Positions 27,895-41,155 of a stretch of 64,000 nt of DNA are shown here, piece after piece (positions within the stretch are counted from its first letter, which is position 1; the number at the start of each line of letters is the position of its first letter). Source of the DNA: Vicugna vicugna (taxonomy: Eukaryota); assembly GCA_013265495.1 (NCBI GenBank), contig MU058645.1, positions 186,001 to 250,000 of the forward strand, written 5' to 3'. The notes beneath the pieces are model-generated. The model worked only from the letters and a program-made list of their open reading frames with translations. It ran no database searches and was not told the DNA's origin. The position numbers and the translations under genes are program-made.

Positions 27895-28525
27895 ACAAAG
27901 ATAGACACGTGGGCAATAAGCACATGGAAAGCTGCTCAGCATCAGCTCCCAGTGAAATGCAAATCCAAACCCAGTGAGATGCCCCTTCACACCCACCAGG
28001 GTGACTATGATCTAAAAGGCACTGAGAGCTTGTCGGCCAGGATGTGGGAAGCTGGAACACTTACACATGTTTTTGTCCATCAACTGATAAATGGATAAAT
28101 AAAATATGGTTTATCTATACAAGTATAGGTCGTCAGGCAACAAGAAAAAATGGATCATGCTACATGCTAAAGCCTCCATGAACCTTGCAAACGTTACGCT
28201 AAGGGAAGTAAGCCAGTCATAGACAACCACACGTTGTGTGATTCTGTTCCTATGGACTAGCCAGGGTAAGCAGATTGGTGGAGACAGAAAAGTAGATACG
28301 TGGCTGCCTAGGGCTGGGCGGGCTGGAAATGGAGAGCGACTGCTAATAGGTATGGAATTTCCTTTTCTGGGGTGATGAAGATACTCTAAAAGTTGTGGAG
28401 GTGATGGTTGCACAAACCTGTGAATATGCTAAAAATCACATTGAATTGCACACTTCAAATGGATGACTTAGTCGTGGTATGATGATAATATAGATGTCAT
28501 GATAAACAGCAGCTGAAGAATAAAG
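27895..28525 (+). mobile_element. L1MB-type 3' fragment
   Basis: caataagcacatggaaagctgctcagcatc...gaaatgcaaatccaaacc...tgtccatcaactgataaatggataaataaaatatgg...gtgatggttgcacaaacctgtgaatatgc. Confidence 0.9.
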
Positions 28526-29774
28526 CATCTTCTAGCTGTGTGTATATACGAGTAATAGATGGAGTGCCCCGGGCTGCGGGAGTGGGGTGTTGGAGGGAGA
28601 GAGAGAGAGGGGAAAAGAAGGAAGAAAGAAAGAAAATTCCGACAGGAACAAAGAAAAGCATCACAAAAGCCTGACTGAAAGTCCAGTGCACGGTGTTATC
28701 TCAGTGCTCACTAGGAGAGGGACTACCGTCCCTGAAGAGTTTTCTGATTTTTTTCCATCAAAAATCTTCAGCTCTAGAGAAGAAACTTTTCACAGCTGTG
28801 CCTCTAAGATGGCATTTTGAACTAAGAAAGAGGCAGACGTGGGTCAAAGATAAACGTCCTGAAATTGTGAGGGAAACAGCCCAGTGGAAATCTTGCTCCC
28901 ACTCCCTTCCCTTTGTTCCGAGGACCTGGTGACGCAGCCCAGGGCTGGGCTGGAGCTGACAAGCAGGAACCCTATCATTGCCCTTTTCCAAACCTAATTG
29001 CTCCCTCTCCTAAATCCCTGAGAGACAGTCAGAAACACAGCCACAGACGAGGGAGCCGAAATAGCCTGTAATTGCTGCTCTGAAAACAAGGCCGACTCTG
29101 AAAGAGAAATCCTGGGAGTTAATTAAACCTATGGAAATGACTTTCTGGTGCTGGTGGCCCTGTGCTCCAGTGATGGTGACTGCGTTTCCACAAGGGCGCA
29201 GGCACGAGAGATGATTGCTGGGGGGCTATGAGAAGTCATCGACTTTTCTTTAGAAAAAAAAGTTACAGAAGTAAAATTTCCAAGTTCCAAACGGTCCCCA
29301 TTGGATCGGAAGAGGTTTTGATCCACTGTGTCGGTGCTTTCCCCCTAATTCCGTTATCATTTTATTTTGATATTTCAAACTTTATAAAATAATATAAAAT
29401 TAAAAATAGAATTGCTATATACACATATTGGAAAGAAAGTTTTGTAGAATTCTGAATACATTAAAATGTATTGTATGAAACTACCTTGAACTCAGATAAA
29501 CTTGGAGAAACACAGTGCCCTTGAACTGGGCAATGATAGCTTAGCATAACTTTGTGCATGTCCAACAATAGGGTGGGGACTAGTAATATTTAAAGTTAAT
29601 TTCGCGGAATTTCCTTCCCTGAGCTGTGCGTGGATGAGCACAGTTTGGTGGAAGGACTCCAAGTCAAGGGCTCGGAGCCTGTGCCCCTGAGGAAGGACAC
29701 GCACCTCGGGGTTCCAGTTTCTCCTCTGGGGGCTCTGGGTCCACAATTTTCAGGCTGCCTTCAGTTTCTCACAG

Positions 29775-29970
29775 GCTCTGGCTCCAGATTAGGATGCTAA
29801 AACTAGTCTGAGGAGACAGCTAACCTTTTCTCATTGGGGAAAGAACAAAGACTCACTCATGTTTAGAACCAAAGATGCCATTCTCAGAAGACTGGCTATT
29901 GAAACGTTTTTCAGTATTTCATTTCTGATGTCTAGTCCACGCAGCACTTTGGAGATCCCCGAGTTTGCTG
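29775..29970 (+). pseudogene. Pseudo-exon, RGS-like domain N-terminal half
   Basis: ttcagtttctcacag|ALAPD*DAKTSLRRQLTFSHWGKNKDSLMFRTKDAILRRLAIETFFSISFLMSSPRSTLEIPEFA(G)|gtgcgt; one stop, canonical splice sites. Confidence 0.6.
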
Positions 29971-30194
29971 GTGCGTAGAGGAAGGGGAGGAATCCCAGGC
30001 CTAGGGGGTAGTACACACGTGTTTGTGTTGTTTAGATCTCTCTGAGATGCTGGCTGCATGTTTCTCCTTTACTTACCGTTAGAGAGCCATTCAGTGACCA
30101 CTGAACGCCAGACTCCCAGAAGTCAGGGCTTAGATTGTGCTTGGACAGACAGACACATGAGCCAATAGCCGCCTTCAACACTAAGGCTGCCCTA

Positions 30195-30690
30195 TAAAAA
30201 CTGAGCTGGGAAGAGTTAAACACATAGGGAAGACTTTATTCAAGACTGCTGCAACAGGGGGGTGAGATTAAAGGCACCTTCACTGAAACAAAGAGGAGGA
30301 GGGTTTCAGCCAGGCCAGCTAGCGGGAAAGTAAGCGCTTGAGGACATTAGGGCCAAGGCGGCCAACGTGAGGCGATGTCCACGTTTGCAAAGTGGCTCTC
30401 CTGGAAGAGTCTCCCGTCCCCCCACAGAGACTAGGAGACAGGGCTCTCTCCTTCTCAGTGATGCTCTTGCAAGGGGATAATTCCCAGGACCTTGAGGGAA
30501 GCAATCCAGGGTTTAAAATGCGCAGGATGCGGGGAGGTGTCCGACGTCTCAAAGTGGCAGAGGAAGAATCTACAACTGCAAGTTTTCTAAAGGAAACGCT
30601 TTAAGAAAAGGGAGGCTGGGGGCTTGTCTGCAAGAAGAAACCCATCTAAGATTGGCTCAAGCTGAGGGGAATGTTAGGGCGTCTTCGTCA
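30195..30690 (-). mobile_element. MER31-like solo LTR (ERV1)
   Basis: gactttattcaagact at the left; ...tctacaactgcaagttttctaaagg...aagaaaagggagg...caagctgagggggaatgttagggcgtcttcgtca matches the MER31/MER67-type 5' end. Confidence 0.8.
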
Positions 30691-33600
30691 AGGGAAAAAG
30701 TGCTCTGGGAACGCTGAGAAAGGAAAGAGTTGTTTTACTTAGGTGAAAGCCCGGTCTTTAGAGAAAGACCGAGATGACGACCCCTCCGTCCCTCACAGCT
30801 CACCTCCGTTTCCCGTGAAATCAGATGTGCAGCTGTAACGGGCAGTTTCTGAGGAACAAGAAAGAAGCCGCTGGGACTAGGAAGCACTCCACTGATTCCT
30901 GATTGTGGAAGGCGGCAGCCTGATGACAACTAAATGTGTTTCCTTAGTCCTTCTCTCTCTGCATAGTCTTCTTGATAATTCTAGTAACTGTGGACTCAAC
31001 ATAAAGGATGTGGCTGAGTGAGGCAGGAGACCCTCACAGTCACACCAAAGTCCCTCGGGCCGCCACCTCCTGATCCAGCCTTGCCAGGGTTACGTCTGCG
31101 CAGACTCTAAGCAGAGCCGCTGCGTCAGGGACGGCTGGCCCCTGGCTCAGGAGAGAGGGTGGTGGGCCCTGAGGGATGCTGCTGAAGACAAGACCGTCTG
31201 GCTGCATGGATGTAAAAGGAGAACAAGGCAACCTGTGAAATAAGGATCCCCCCCGGACACTTTCTTTGTGTGTGTTTGTTTGTTTCTGCAGCCTGAGTGA
31301 AGGATCAATGAATAAAGTATTTAAATGGCTGGCTTAAAAGTGCCACATCACTCCTAATTCCTAAGGGCAGCTGCCATTAGAGAGATCACATAGCTACACG
31401 TATGTATTTCCACACACGTATATTTATCTGGGACTAATATGTAAACAAAATGATATTTATATTTCCTGTCCATTTCTCTTTTTTAAAGCACTTGGCACTT
31501 GCACTGCTAACACTGCAGCACTAAATGGAAGAAAGAGCCTGCTAGCAAAGCTGTGCTCAGTTCTCTCAGGAAGGTCGCACCACGACACTCAACAAGTCAA
31601 ATTCATTTCCCCTTAAAAAAATAGCAGTTTTTGGCCCACTCCTTATGTAGGTAGTAGCAAAACTTTAAGGTTCAAATCAAGGTTTCAAGAAAGGTCTTCT
31701 TATGAATTTAAACGTTTCTGTGAACTATTAAAATATAACTCTCTGTACCTGTGAGGTTTTTTTCACTACTTAAGAAGATCAGTACAAAGATTACGTACCA
31801 GTTAATGAAGTTAAAGCTGGTTATCAGTAAGAGAAAAATAAAGCAATATAAAAAAGAGAAGATTAAAATTATGCTCTGGAAATGAGCAAGGCATGAAACT
31901 GGGAGGGGAAGAAGGAAGGGAGAGAAGCATAAATTAGCAATAATTAAGAAAGAGGTAATTAAAAATTAGGAAAGGATCTCCTAGAATCAGGAAGGATGGG
32001 GAAGGACAATGAGAAGTCCTGGAGGCTGTGCACCAACCCCAGCAATCCTCGACCGTGTCCGTGGGGCCACGCCTCACCCAGGCAGGACGCGGACCTGATG
32101 ACGTGTCCTCCAGTCACCTGCACACGTGCACACCTGTTAAACCACACGGCACACAAGGGAAGGAGGTGAAGAGTAAGACCAGGACAAAAGTTAGGAAAGT
32201 GGATGCAGTGACGGAAACAGACCTGACTGAGCGGCAGCTACGTCAAGGAACGCAGCAAGCCAGTGAGCTCAGAGGCCTCTACGTGGTTAGCACCGAGAGA
32301 CTGAAAATGGCCAAGAAGAACGTCAAAGTTGCCCAACAAATGCCATTGCTGGCAGCATAGCAATGGTGGACTGGATTTCTAACTGAAGATCAAACCAACA
32401 TGTAGATTAAATTTCTCTTATTATTTTGCCACTAAAGTTTAAGAGTCCCCCAGATGCACTGGAAATGGCCACTTTGCCAAGTATGTGCTGCACGGTTTTG
32501 AAAATTTCCGAATAATAAAGCAGCATCGATATCCATTACATATTCTCCTCAGTTAGCCAAAACTTCATCACTTTTTCAACAGTTCAGAGACCCCTCAATT
32601 CAGTGCTGTTGAGAGAACCTAGAGTTATCAATTTATTAATATATGCATTTAAGCAATGCTGATTGCTCCCTGGGAAAACATAAGGGCATTGGATTTGTGT
32701 ACCGTGGACAAAGGACAATGAGAAGGACTCTTCATCCCCATGTTCTGGTCAACCAGGGTGCAGAATCAGGGCCACTTTCTCATACCAGTGGCTGGACCCT
32801 AATCCGAAAGTTGACTTGACTTTCAACTGGACTTTCAACTCTTTTGAATCCTAGTGTGTGACACCCACTGGGTGAAGGGTTTCACAAGTATTTATTTTAA
32901 TATTTAAAAGAAGCCCATGGATAAGGTTTTCTTGTTCGATTTGAAACCAAACCTTTAGACCCCCAGTTTTTGTGTCATGTCAGTGCTTTTCCACAAATCT
33001 AGCGAAGTGATCCGAGCAGAGGGAAAACGAACAAGCACTTTCTAGATGCCTTCAGCCTTAGGGCCAAAATTGGCCTACTCTAATTTTAGTACTTATCTGA
33101 AGTCCTGTATTTCAAGCAAACAACTTTTAGAATGTACATTTTACTTCTTATATAGCTGTTTTAAATTTTAATATAGAAGGGCAGTGTGGATTTTTCTGAC
33201 TTCCGAAGTAAAATAGATAAAACGGGAAGATACACAGCATGTATCCATGAGACTCCCTTCATCTGGTCACATGCTTTGCAGGGTGGGGAGAGGCAGGAGC
33301 CTCATTTGAGACATTTCACTTGGTAAGAATGTCTTTGGTTTTAAATATAATATTTTTGGAGAACAGAATATTGTCTAACATTACACATACTTTGACATGT
33401 ACTTTTTCTGCAAAAGAAAATGGATTTATCAAATAAATAAAAACCTTGAATGCATATTTCCAAGCCCATTCAGGAGGAGAAGATAATAAAACCAGTGTCC
33501 TTAGCCAGTATCTGGACCTTCCAGATTAATTCCCTGATATTAATAACTGAAGAAAACTGCATGTTCAGACCTCATAGGGCCTTCATGGAAAGCTAAGATT

Positions 33601-34407
33601 GCTGCTTCAACAATTTACCATTCACACATTAACTCATTCAATTAGGAAACATTTCTTGAACATTAGTCATGGGCTAATGTTTGCCTTAAAATGCAAAGAT
33701 AGGTAAGTCCTCAACTTTCAAGAACTTTACAGCAGGCTAGTTAAAATATGTGTAATTTCCTAATTGGCAGAAAGAACTCTGCTCATTATAACAATATTCA
33801 AATGAAGAGCCACATGCCAGCAAGTCCAATATGCCAACATTTCTTGCCTATTACTTGAATTTATACTGGATTTTCCTTATCTGGCATATTTAAGCCCAGC
33901 AATGCAAAGATGATAACGTATAATAACACAGCAACATGATAGACTACTTATAGATTAATGAACAATATTAAAAATTCAGACCAGTTATTCTAAGGAAGAC
34001 GTAAGAATTAATCTTTAACACGGTTCTCCAGAATCACATTAGTTCGTTCTCTAGTGAATATATGTATTTGAATATACTTTTCAAAAGGCTTCACATCTTC
34101 CAAGAGTTAGAGGAAAATTGTCGGCAAACCTCCTGCTCGGGCTAATTTCTCCACCATGAGGTGCCTACCGCAGCTACCTCGCTAGAGTTGGAGGGGTTTA
34201 ATTGACAACAATAGTAACTGCAAGGGCAAGTCTTCTTGGGGGAAAAGGCCCTCAGCTGATCGTGGACAAAATCCCTCAACAGCCAGTGCCTCCTTCAGCT
34301 GACACAGGATTCAAATCGCCTTGTGGTGCTAGTTAATCTTCTTAGTTAATTTGGTAAATATTCCCCAGAATGACTCAACTTTACTCTTCCGCCCGGTTGA
34401 ACAGAGG

Positions 34408-34718
34408 AAATATCAATGAAATTATTTACAAGGCAGAAACAGACTCACAGACATAGAAAACGAACTTATGGTTTCCAGGAGGGAAAGGGGGTGGGGAGGG
34501 ATAAATTGGGAGTTCAGGATTTGTAGATACGCAGTATTATATGTAAAACAGATAAACAACAAGGTCCTACTGTGCAGCACAGAGATCTGTACTCAATAAC
34601 TTGTAATGGCCTATAATGGAAAAGAATATGAAAAAGGACATGTATATATATGAATCGCTATGCTGTGTTTCAGAAATTAACACAGCATTGCAAATTGACT
34701 ATACTTCAATATTAAAAA
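34408..34718 (+). mobile_element. Artiodactyl-type L1 3' end
   Basis: acaaggcagaaacagactcacagacatagaaaacgaacttatgg...cattgcaaattgactatacttcaata. Confidence 0.92.
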
Positions 34719-34922
34719 CGCCAGCTCTGTGCCCCGTTGCACATTAAGTCAATCCCGAGGCGTGTCAGGAGAAAAGCACTCTGCGTGCATTTCATATTTA
34801 ATGCCAGCTGCGCTGTTCTCCAGTGAGAAGGCCCAGCAGAGCAGCTGCGGAACAAAATCAACCCGGCACCTAGAACTCTGCCAAAGATGAGCACACACTA
34901 TCTTCCACTCTGTGGCTTCCAG

Positions 34923-35273
34923 AAAATCCCGTTCCCTGATTATGCAACTAAGCAAAGCCAAACTATACCATAAGCATCATATCACAAATATGAAACTGAA
35001 TTGTGCCAGAGTTTAGCAACGAAAAATCACAAGGAAAAAAACAGGCATTTAGAGAATGTCCTGTATTTCTTTAATCTGAAGAGGGAGATTGTGTTGCTTG
35101 TATCATTTTGACAAGCCATTGAAATAACCTTTGAAAATAGGATGGCATGCGCCTTTAAAAACCAACTGAGACAGTCCCTAAAAATAGTTTACCAAGCAAC
35201 AGAGTCAAATTGTTGGGGAATTGCTCCTTGATGCATTAGAGAGTCTATTCCTATGGCACTTAAGCCAGGCAAA
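34923..35273 (+). pseudogene. Pseudo-exon, 351 nt phase 0-0, RGS-like core
   Basis: ctctgtggcttccag|KIPFPDY...NRHLENVLYFFNLKREIVLLVSF*QAIEITFENRMACAFKNQLRQSLKIVYQ...CIRESIPMALKPGK|gtaata; 117 codons, 3 stops, no frameshift; TGA where the conserved Trp of FW would lie. Confidence 0.65.
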
Positions 35274-36507
35274 GTAATAAATATAAAGTGGTGATTTCTC
35301 TCCACGAGCTGCTCTTGCTGCTCCCACATGACTTCCTTCCCACCCAGGAGTGATACCCCACTGCCTTCTCGCAGGCTCCTGGGTTCACGGAAGAAGGCAA
35401 TGTGCTTCTGCTGGTCGGTTAAATGTACTCAAAAGAAGTGAGCAATTACAGTTAATCCCCGTGTTGCCTGGGTACTGCCTGTCTCTGTCTCCAGAGTGGG
35501 GGTACCAACGGGGTGTTTCAAGTGCCACGGAATTTGAGCCTCCAACAATAGAGCGCCTGAATACCCTTTCCTAACCACTCCAGACCCCCTTCCCTCCCCC
35601 ACCTCTCAGTCACGGCAGGGGAAACGCTGACCAAATGGGAACTTCTGTGTCCGTCCTGCCTGCTTAAATAATGTAATCGCGCCTAAGGAGAAACATGCAT
35701 TTCCAAAAGTGAGCCATACATGGGAAGGAACTTATTTGGAAAAAAAATGAATTCTGATGGACAAAACTACTAAAGGACGTTTTAAAAATTAAGCTGTATG
35801 GGACGCCACAAAATTGGAGCCATTGTAACCTCTTTGCCGATCAGTCATTTTCCAGGAGCTCTCCAGAGCTGTTATTTAAGGCAAACATGTGCCACTGACT
35901 GCTTTCTTTTTGTAATAGTGAAAAGTGGAGGGAAATAAGGCATTGGTGTTTTGCGCAATTGAATTTTTAGTAGACCCAGAGTTTGAAAACCAGAATCTTG
36001 CTATCATCATTACTTCTCCCCTAGTTGTTTTAACTTGTCCTTATTAACCTCCTATGTGCATGTTGCTTTCCTATCAGTAGCAAGAAATATAATCAGATGC
36101 TGATATTAGATTAAAGCTGAAAAGATTATCCAAACAGCTATTAACTTAAATATAATTAATATGTAAATAAGCATAAATCTCTATTTTTGTTCTCCAATTT
36201 TTGAATTGAATAATCTCAAAGAAAGGGGTTCTGCTTCTGGATAGGATTAGTAAGGCTGGAAAGAGCGTCCACCTAACTGGAAAAAAAAAGCCAGGGAAAG
36301 TACAAAATCATAATGTTTTCTCAATGCAAAAGAGAGCTGTGGCAGCAGAGCTATCAGGGAGAGACTCGGCCCTCCACGGAGATGGGATGGGGAGGTTTAC
36401 TTACCTGTTGGCAGAGCACGAGAGGTACTGATGTCAGGTGCCACACGGTGCGGGGCAAGAATCCAGCTGGAATTTTTGAAGAGTTGCTTCCTGCCGAGAT
36501 GGGCTGC

Positions 36508-36838
36508 TTTGTCAGTTTGGGCTGCTGTAACCAAGTACCATAGACTGAAAGGCTTAAAAAGAATAGCAATTTACCACCGCTCTGGAGGCCAGAATTCTGA
36601 GGTCAGGCTCCAGTGGGCGCCCACTTCTGGATTGCCCACTTCTGAATCATTTCATTGTATCTTCATATGGAGAAGGGCAGTGGGGGCTTTCTGTGGTCTC
36701 ATTTACAAGGGCACTAATCCCACTCATGAGGTGTCTATTTAATTACCTCCCCAAGCCCTACCTACTAATCCATCACATTAGGGGTTAGGACATCAGCAGA
36801 CGACTTTTGGGAGGCACAGCCGTTCAGTCTATTGGTCA
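36508..36838 (-). mobile_element. MLT1A-type MaLR LTR
   Basis: cagtttgggctgctgtaaccaagtaccatagactg...aagggcactaatcccactcatgagg...catcacattaggggttagg. Confidence 0.88.
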
Positions 36839-38364
36839 TGGCAGTGGCCCAGGGTGAGGACGTAGAAACCCTGGGGGCTTCAGACACAGGGGCCTCCCTC
36901 TCAGAATCCTCTCCATGAGACTTTACTAGACAGACTAGTGGCAGCGATGGGATCCACGCAAACTTCCAATAACATTTGGGGACAACAAGAAACATAGGTG
37001 TAGCACCCAAGAACTTCATTTTGAGTTCACTGTCTTTCTTACCCTTTCCAAGGGATGTTGGTAAGTTCCTCTGAGTTGATATTTACTCTCTTTGTGTTGA
37101 AGCTCCTGATTTAATTAGCATTTCACACCACAATTCCCAGGTTTTTGAATGGAAGACCCACCCTTGATTCTGTCTCCAGATTCCATGTTGGGCACTGCTA
37201 TAGTCCCTTTTTTGGGATCCTCCCCCAGATTCCATACTGGGAACTGTTCTCCATTTGTTTGCAATCAGTCTGGAGTCCCCATTCTTTGAGGGCTGCTGGT
37301 TCAATCATTTCTTCCAGTCCAAAGTTCCATGGGAATTACTGTTTACAGACTAACATCGGACTGGGTCCAACTTAAGAACAAGCCTGGGCCCAATTTGAAG
37401 TCCTGACTGGGTTTGGGGATAGGATCAGATCCATATGATAAGGAATGAAGATGCATTTTTGTTAAGGATAATGAGAGTAATTTTGTCTAAACTAGAACTT
37501 CTGATTATTTCAAAATTGGAAGGAAGAAAGTGAAGGACAATCTACATGTATATAAAAAGAAAGACAGAGAAAAAGAGAAAGCTTTACCTTGTATAATCAA
37601 GCTGGTTAAAATTAATGTATATTATGGTAGTGTTAAAAATAACCATTAAGATCAGTAATCTATTTATGTAAAATAAAATTTGATTTTCTTTCATCTGCTA
37701 AAAGGACAAACTTTTCTTGGATTGTTTTTCTGCTCCTAATAAGAAATTGTAAGCAAAGTTTTCCATACCCTTTCAGTGGTTTTCCTAGAAAACTAAGGTT
37801 CTATGTTTCATCAAAATAATTTCATGTTTACTGTCTTCACCAGGTCTTTGATTACTTAGGAAAACTGAGTTATACTAATATTAAATATTAAAAGCACTGA
37901 GTTTTACCAATAGGTATTTAAGTATTAAGTTTCTTAATGACCTGTTAGTCTATTTAAGTGTTTTAAACTTTTAAAAAATATTTTTGACAAAATTCCCCAA
38001 ATTAAATTCTAAATGAAGTCTTTTTGACCACACGCTAACTGAAATTTTTCAGAGAGCCTCTAAAGAATTTTAAAAAACTGTGTTCTCTGTACTTATAAAA
38101 AGGAAAATATTAATGTAACTAAGCTTATTTGATGTAAATTAAACGGGAAGCATTGTCAAAGAAGTGATGTTAAAATTTCTTTGATTATATTTGTGTAGAA
38201 ACATGTCATTAATGTAAAATTCTAAAAACTGTGCAAAATTCCTAGAAATCTAATATTCCCTGATATAATGTTATGGACTGTAATTCTAGTTATTACCTTA
38301 AAGTGCTCTATGACATCCTGTGGGGCCCCAGTCAAAAATGGGCAACAATAAAATGACCTTCTCA

Positions 38365-39130
38365 CTGTAATTCTCTTACCTTTTGAAATTACTGCTATCA
38401 AAACTGAGATTCACACTAAAAGGAACGAGCTTGAGAATCAGGGAGATTCCTTAGTGGACTTCCATGCAAGGGAAGCAGCAACAGAGTTTATAAAGGAGGA
38501 TGACACAGGTGAATGAAGTTCATCTTCTGCAAAGATAATTATTCTTCATTGCCAAAGTTTCTGCCATTCTGATGTCCTTGTAATGTGGCAACACTCTGTT
38601 CCTGAATCAGAGAAATTATGATGGGTAAACAATGACTGTAAATTAGCCGAACAGTCAGGGCTATGGAAAATCCAAGGTGGGCCGTGGTTCTTCCATTCTC
38701 CTTGTCTAACCCTAGTATTTGGCTTTTGCATTCCTCCGCCCACCATAGTGCATTTAACAAAAACAAACAAATAATTTTTGTTCCCAGTGGCCTCAGACCT
38801 CCTGCCTCTGTACACTTTTAAACATCTGCAGCTGGATTTCATTCAACTGCCACTTGGTGTGAGTTACCAATATGTTCTTGTTATTGTGTGTACATGTTCT
38901 AGATGAGTTGAAGCTTTCTCCTCCTGCAAAACTAACACCCTCCCAGGGGAAAAGAAGCTCAGAAAATGTGTTTTCCCCTTGGGGTGTACTTTCCACACTC
39001 TTCAGTGATCAAGGAACCCACTTAACTGGGAAAATCATATGAGCCTTAATGAAAACCTTGCAAACTTCTTGGAATTATCACTGTTTCTGTCACCCTCAAA
39101 CATCAGGCAGAGTTGAGAGAATTAATGATA
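38365..39130 (+). pseudogene. pol: ERV pol remnant (RNase H end and integrase core)
   Basis: HLQLDFIQLPLGVSYQYVLVIVC...VEAF...SDQGTHLTGKII...HPQTSGRVERIN: DDE integrase motifs with stops and frameshifts. Confidence 0.9.
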
Positions 39131-40394
39131 ACCTGTATTCAAGAGGAACAAGAATTAATAAAATGTGACTGAATAACTTTAGTGACTTTGTGTTTAAAAT
39201 ATTTTTGACCCTTTAAATTTTTTTTCCAAATTTAAAGAAATATTTTCTCTTAAGCTATCAACAATTTGGGTAAGCCATACCTTTGTGAACAAATATGAAA
39301 CATTTACTTTTTCTCCTTACCTGGTTCTTCCAGAATGCAGAAATTCTCAGTGAGTACCCTTATTTTCATGTTCCTTGTGACAGGAAACAATTGGAAGCAT
39401 TGGCTATATTACCACAGCTTCGACTGAAATGTTATTGAAGGTAAGGTCTGAGGCTACTTATGGAAACTTTCACAGAGCCGCCTTAGAAAGAACTTACACG
39501 ATCAGTCACTATTCTTACAGCATTTATATAAATAATTAGGACAAGTTTAATACAAACAAATTAGTTTTACTATGATTATCTTTAATAAAAGTTGGGGGAT
39601 AATTGTAGAGAGAAATATTATCTTTCCACTTGTGTAAATATTAAGATTCTAGTGATGATAATGGTCTTTGAGGTTTTGTTACAAATCCGTAAATGGGGCT
39701 GGATCCTGAATTCTTCTAGTTTTCTCAAATGTCTAGCTATGACTCTCCAATTTAATGTTTTCAGTTTCCCTTCCACTCTTGTGACCTGGAATCACTAGGA
39801 ACGAAGACTATCCTTAAACCTCCTTGGAAAGGACGGTGCCTCCTCACTATCCAGATGGCAGCCACCCTCCAGACGCTTGAACTTTGGACATACATCTCAC
39901 AGCTGGAAACGGCCACACCTGAATCTGGTCCTGGTCAAACACTGAAGTTGTCTAAATCAGACTGATGCGGAGGAGAGTATCTGACATGGGTGTAGGCTGG
40001 TTCTACACAAGACACTGGATCAAGACTTCCAACTTTAGCTAAACATAAAATCCTTCTTCTTTTCCTTCTTTCCTTTACTCCTGCATTGGCCTAGAGAGAT
40101 AAGACCTTTATCTGTATCTCCCAGGCCATTGCAAATTGAGATAACCTTTGGAATTTAAAGTGATTTCAGGCTACTAGATTCTCTTCCCACTGGTGCTCAC
40201 ACCCTGCCTGGCCCTTGGCTTGAACAAATGAGTCCACTCACAGTATCACCTTAAGAAGAAGGCTCACGCCCGGACAGGACTTGTCTTTGTCTGTGGTGGT
40301 TGTCATTCTCCTTGGGCCTGTCACGTCGAGATGACTGACACAGCTTGGCTCTGCCTCTTAAATCAACTAACCGTGACCTGTGACCCTAGCTATT

Positions 40395-40843
40395 CCAGAA
40401 AGGACTTGCCAGGACGCTTTTTATAATTCAGGGTTTGCTTCTTTTGGCAGGGGCTACTTCCTTGGTTAGGAGTAAATGTAAATGAGGCTATGATAAAAAA
40501 AAAAACCCTCTCCTTAACTCTTGAAGATACTGCAGATTTTATTGCTAAGACATTAGCTGCCCAGCAAAAAGGTTTAAACTCTCTGGCCAAGATTCTTCTT
40601 GATAAGATAGCCCTTGATTATCTTTCAGCTCAGCAAGAGGGTGTCTGTGCAGTGGCCAGCACCAACCAGTGTACCTGGACTGATGTTTCTGGGGAAGTTA
40701 AAACTCAGTCACATAAGATCATGTGCAAGAGACTTGACTTAAAAGGGTGTTTCCTTCAGCAGTGTTTTTCTCTGATTGATTTGGGTCTTGGGGACTACAG
40801 CTTCAAAGCACACACTAAGCATTGGGAATTATGCGGTTTATAG
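40395..40843 (+). pseudogene. env: ERV env TM-subunit remnant
   Basis: ORF 40490-40843: LSLTLEDTAD...AAQQKGLNSLAKILLDKIALDYLSAQQEGVCAVASTNQCTW, i.e. heptad repeat, immunosuppressive domain and degenerate CX6CC; frameshifted fusion peptide upstream. Confidence 0.9.
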
Positions 40844-41155
40844 TTATTATAATGATTTCCTGTCATTTCATCCTCTCAAAAGCTTTAAATGAATGTTCAC
40901 AGATGCTGACCAACAGGAAAATTATATTCCTTAAACTGGCATGTCAGAAAAGAAGAGAAGAGAGTAACCAGCTAAAGGACGATGAACCTATAACTGTGAC
41001 CTGTGGAAGTCACAGGGATTAAGCAAAAACATCTTGGCTTGTGGATACCACACCAAAGATCATCAAAGCTGCAGAGCAGCAGCTGAGAGTGACACGAATG
41101 CCTTAAATTTTGATCACATATCTCAGCTAGGGTGAGAGTCTGATCCAGAGGGGAT

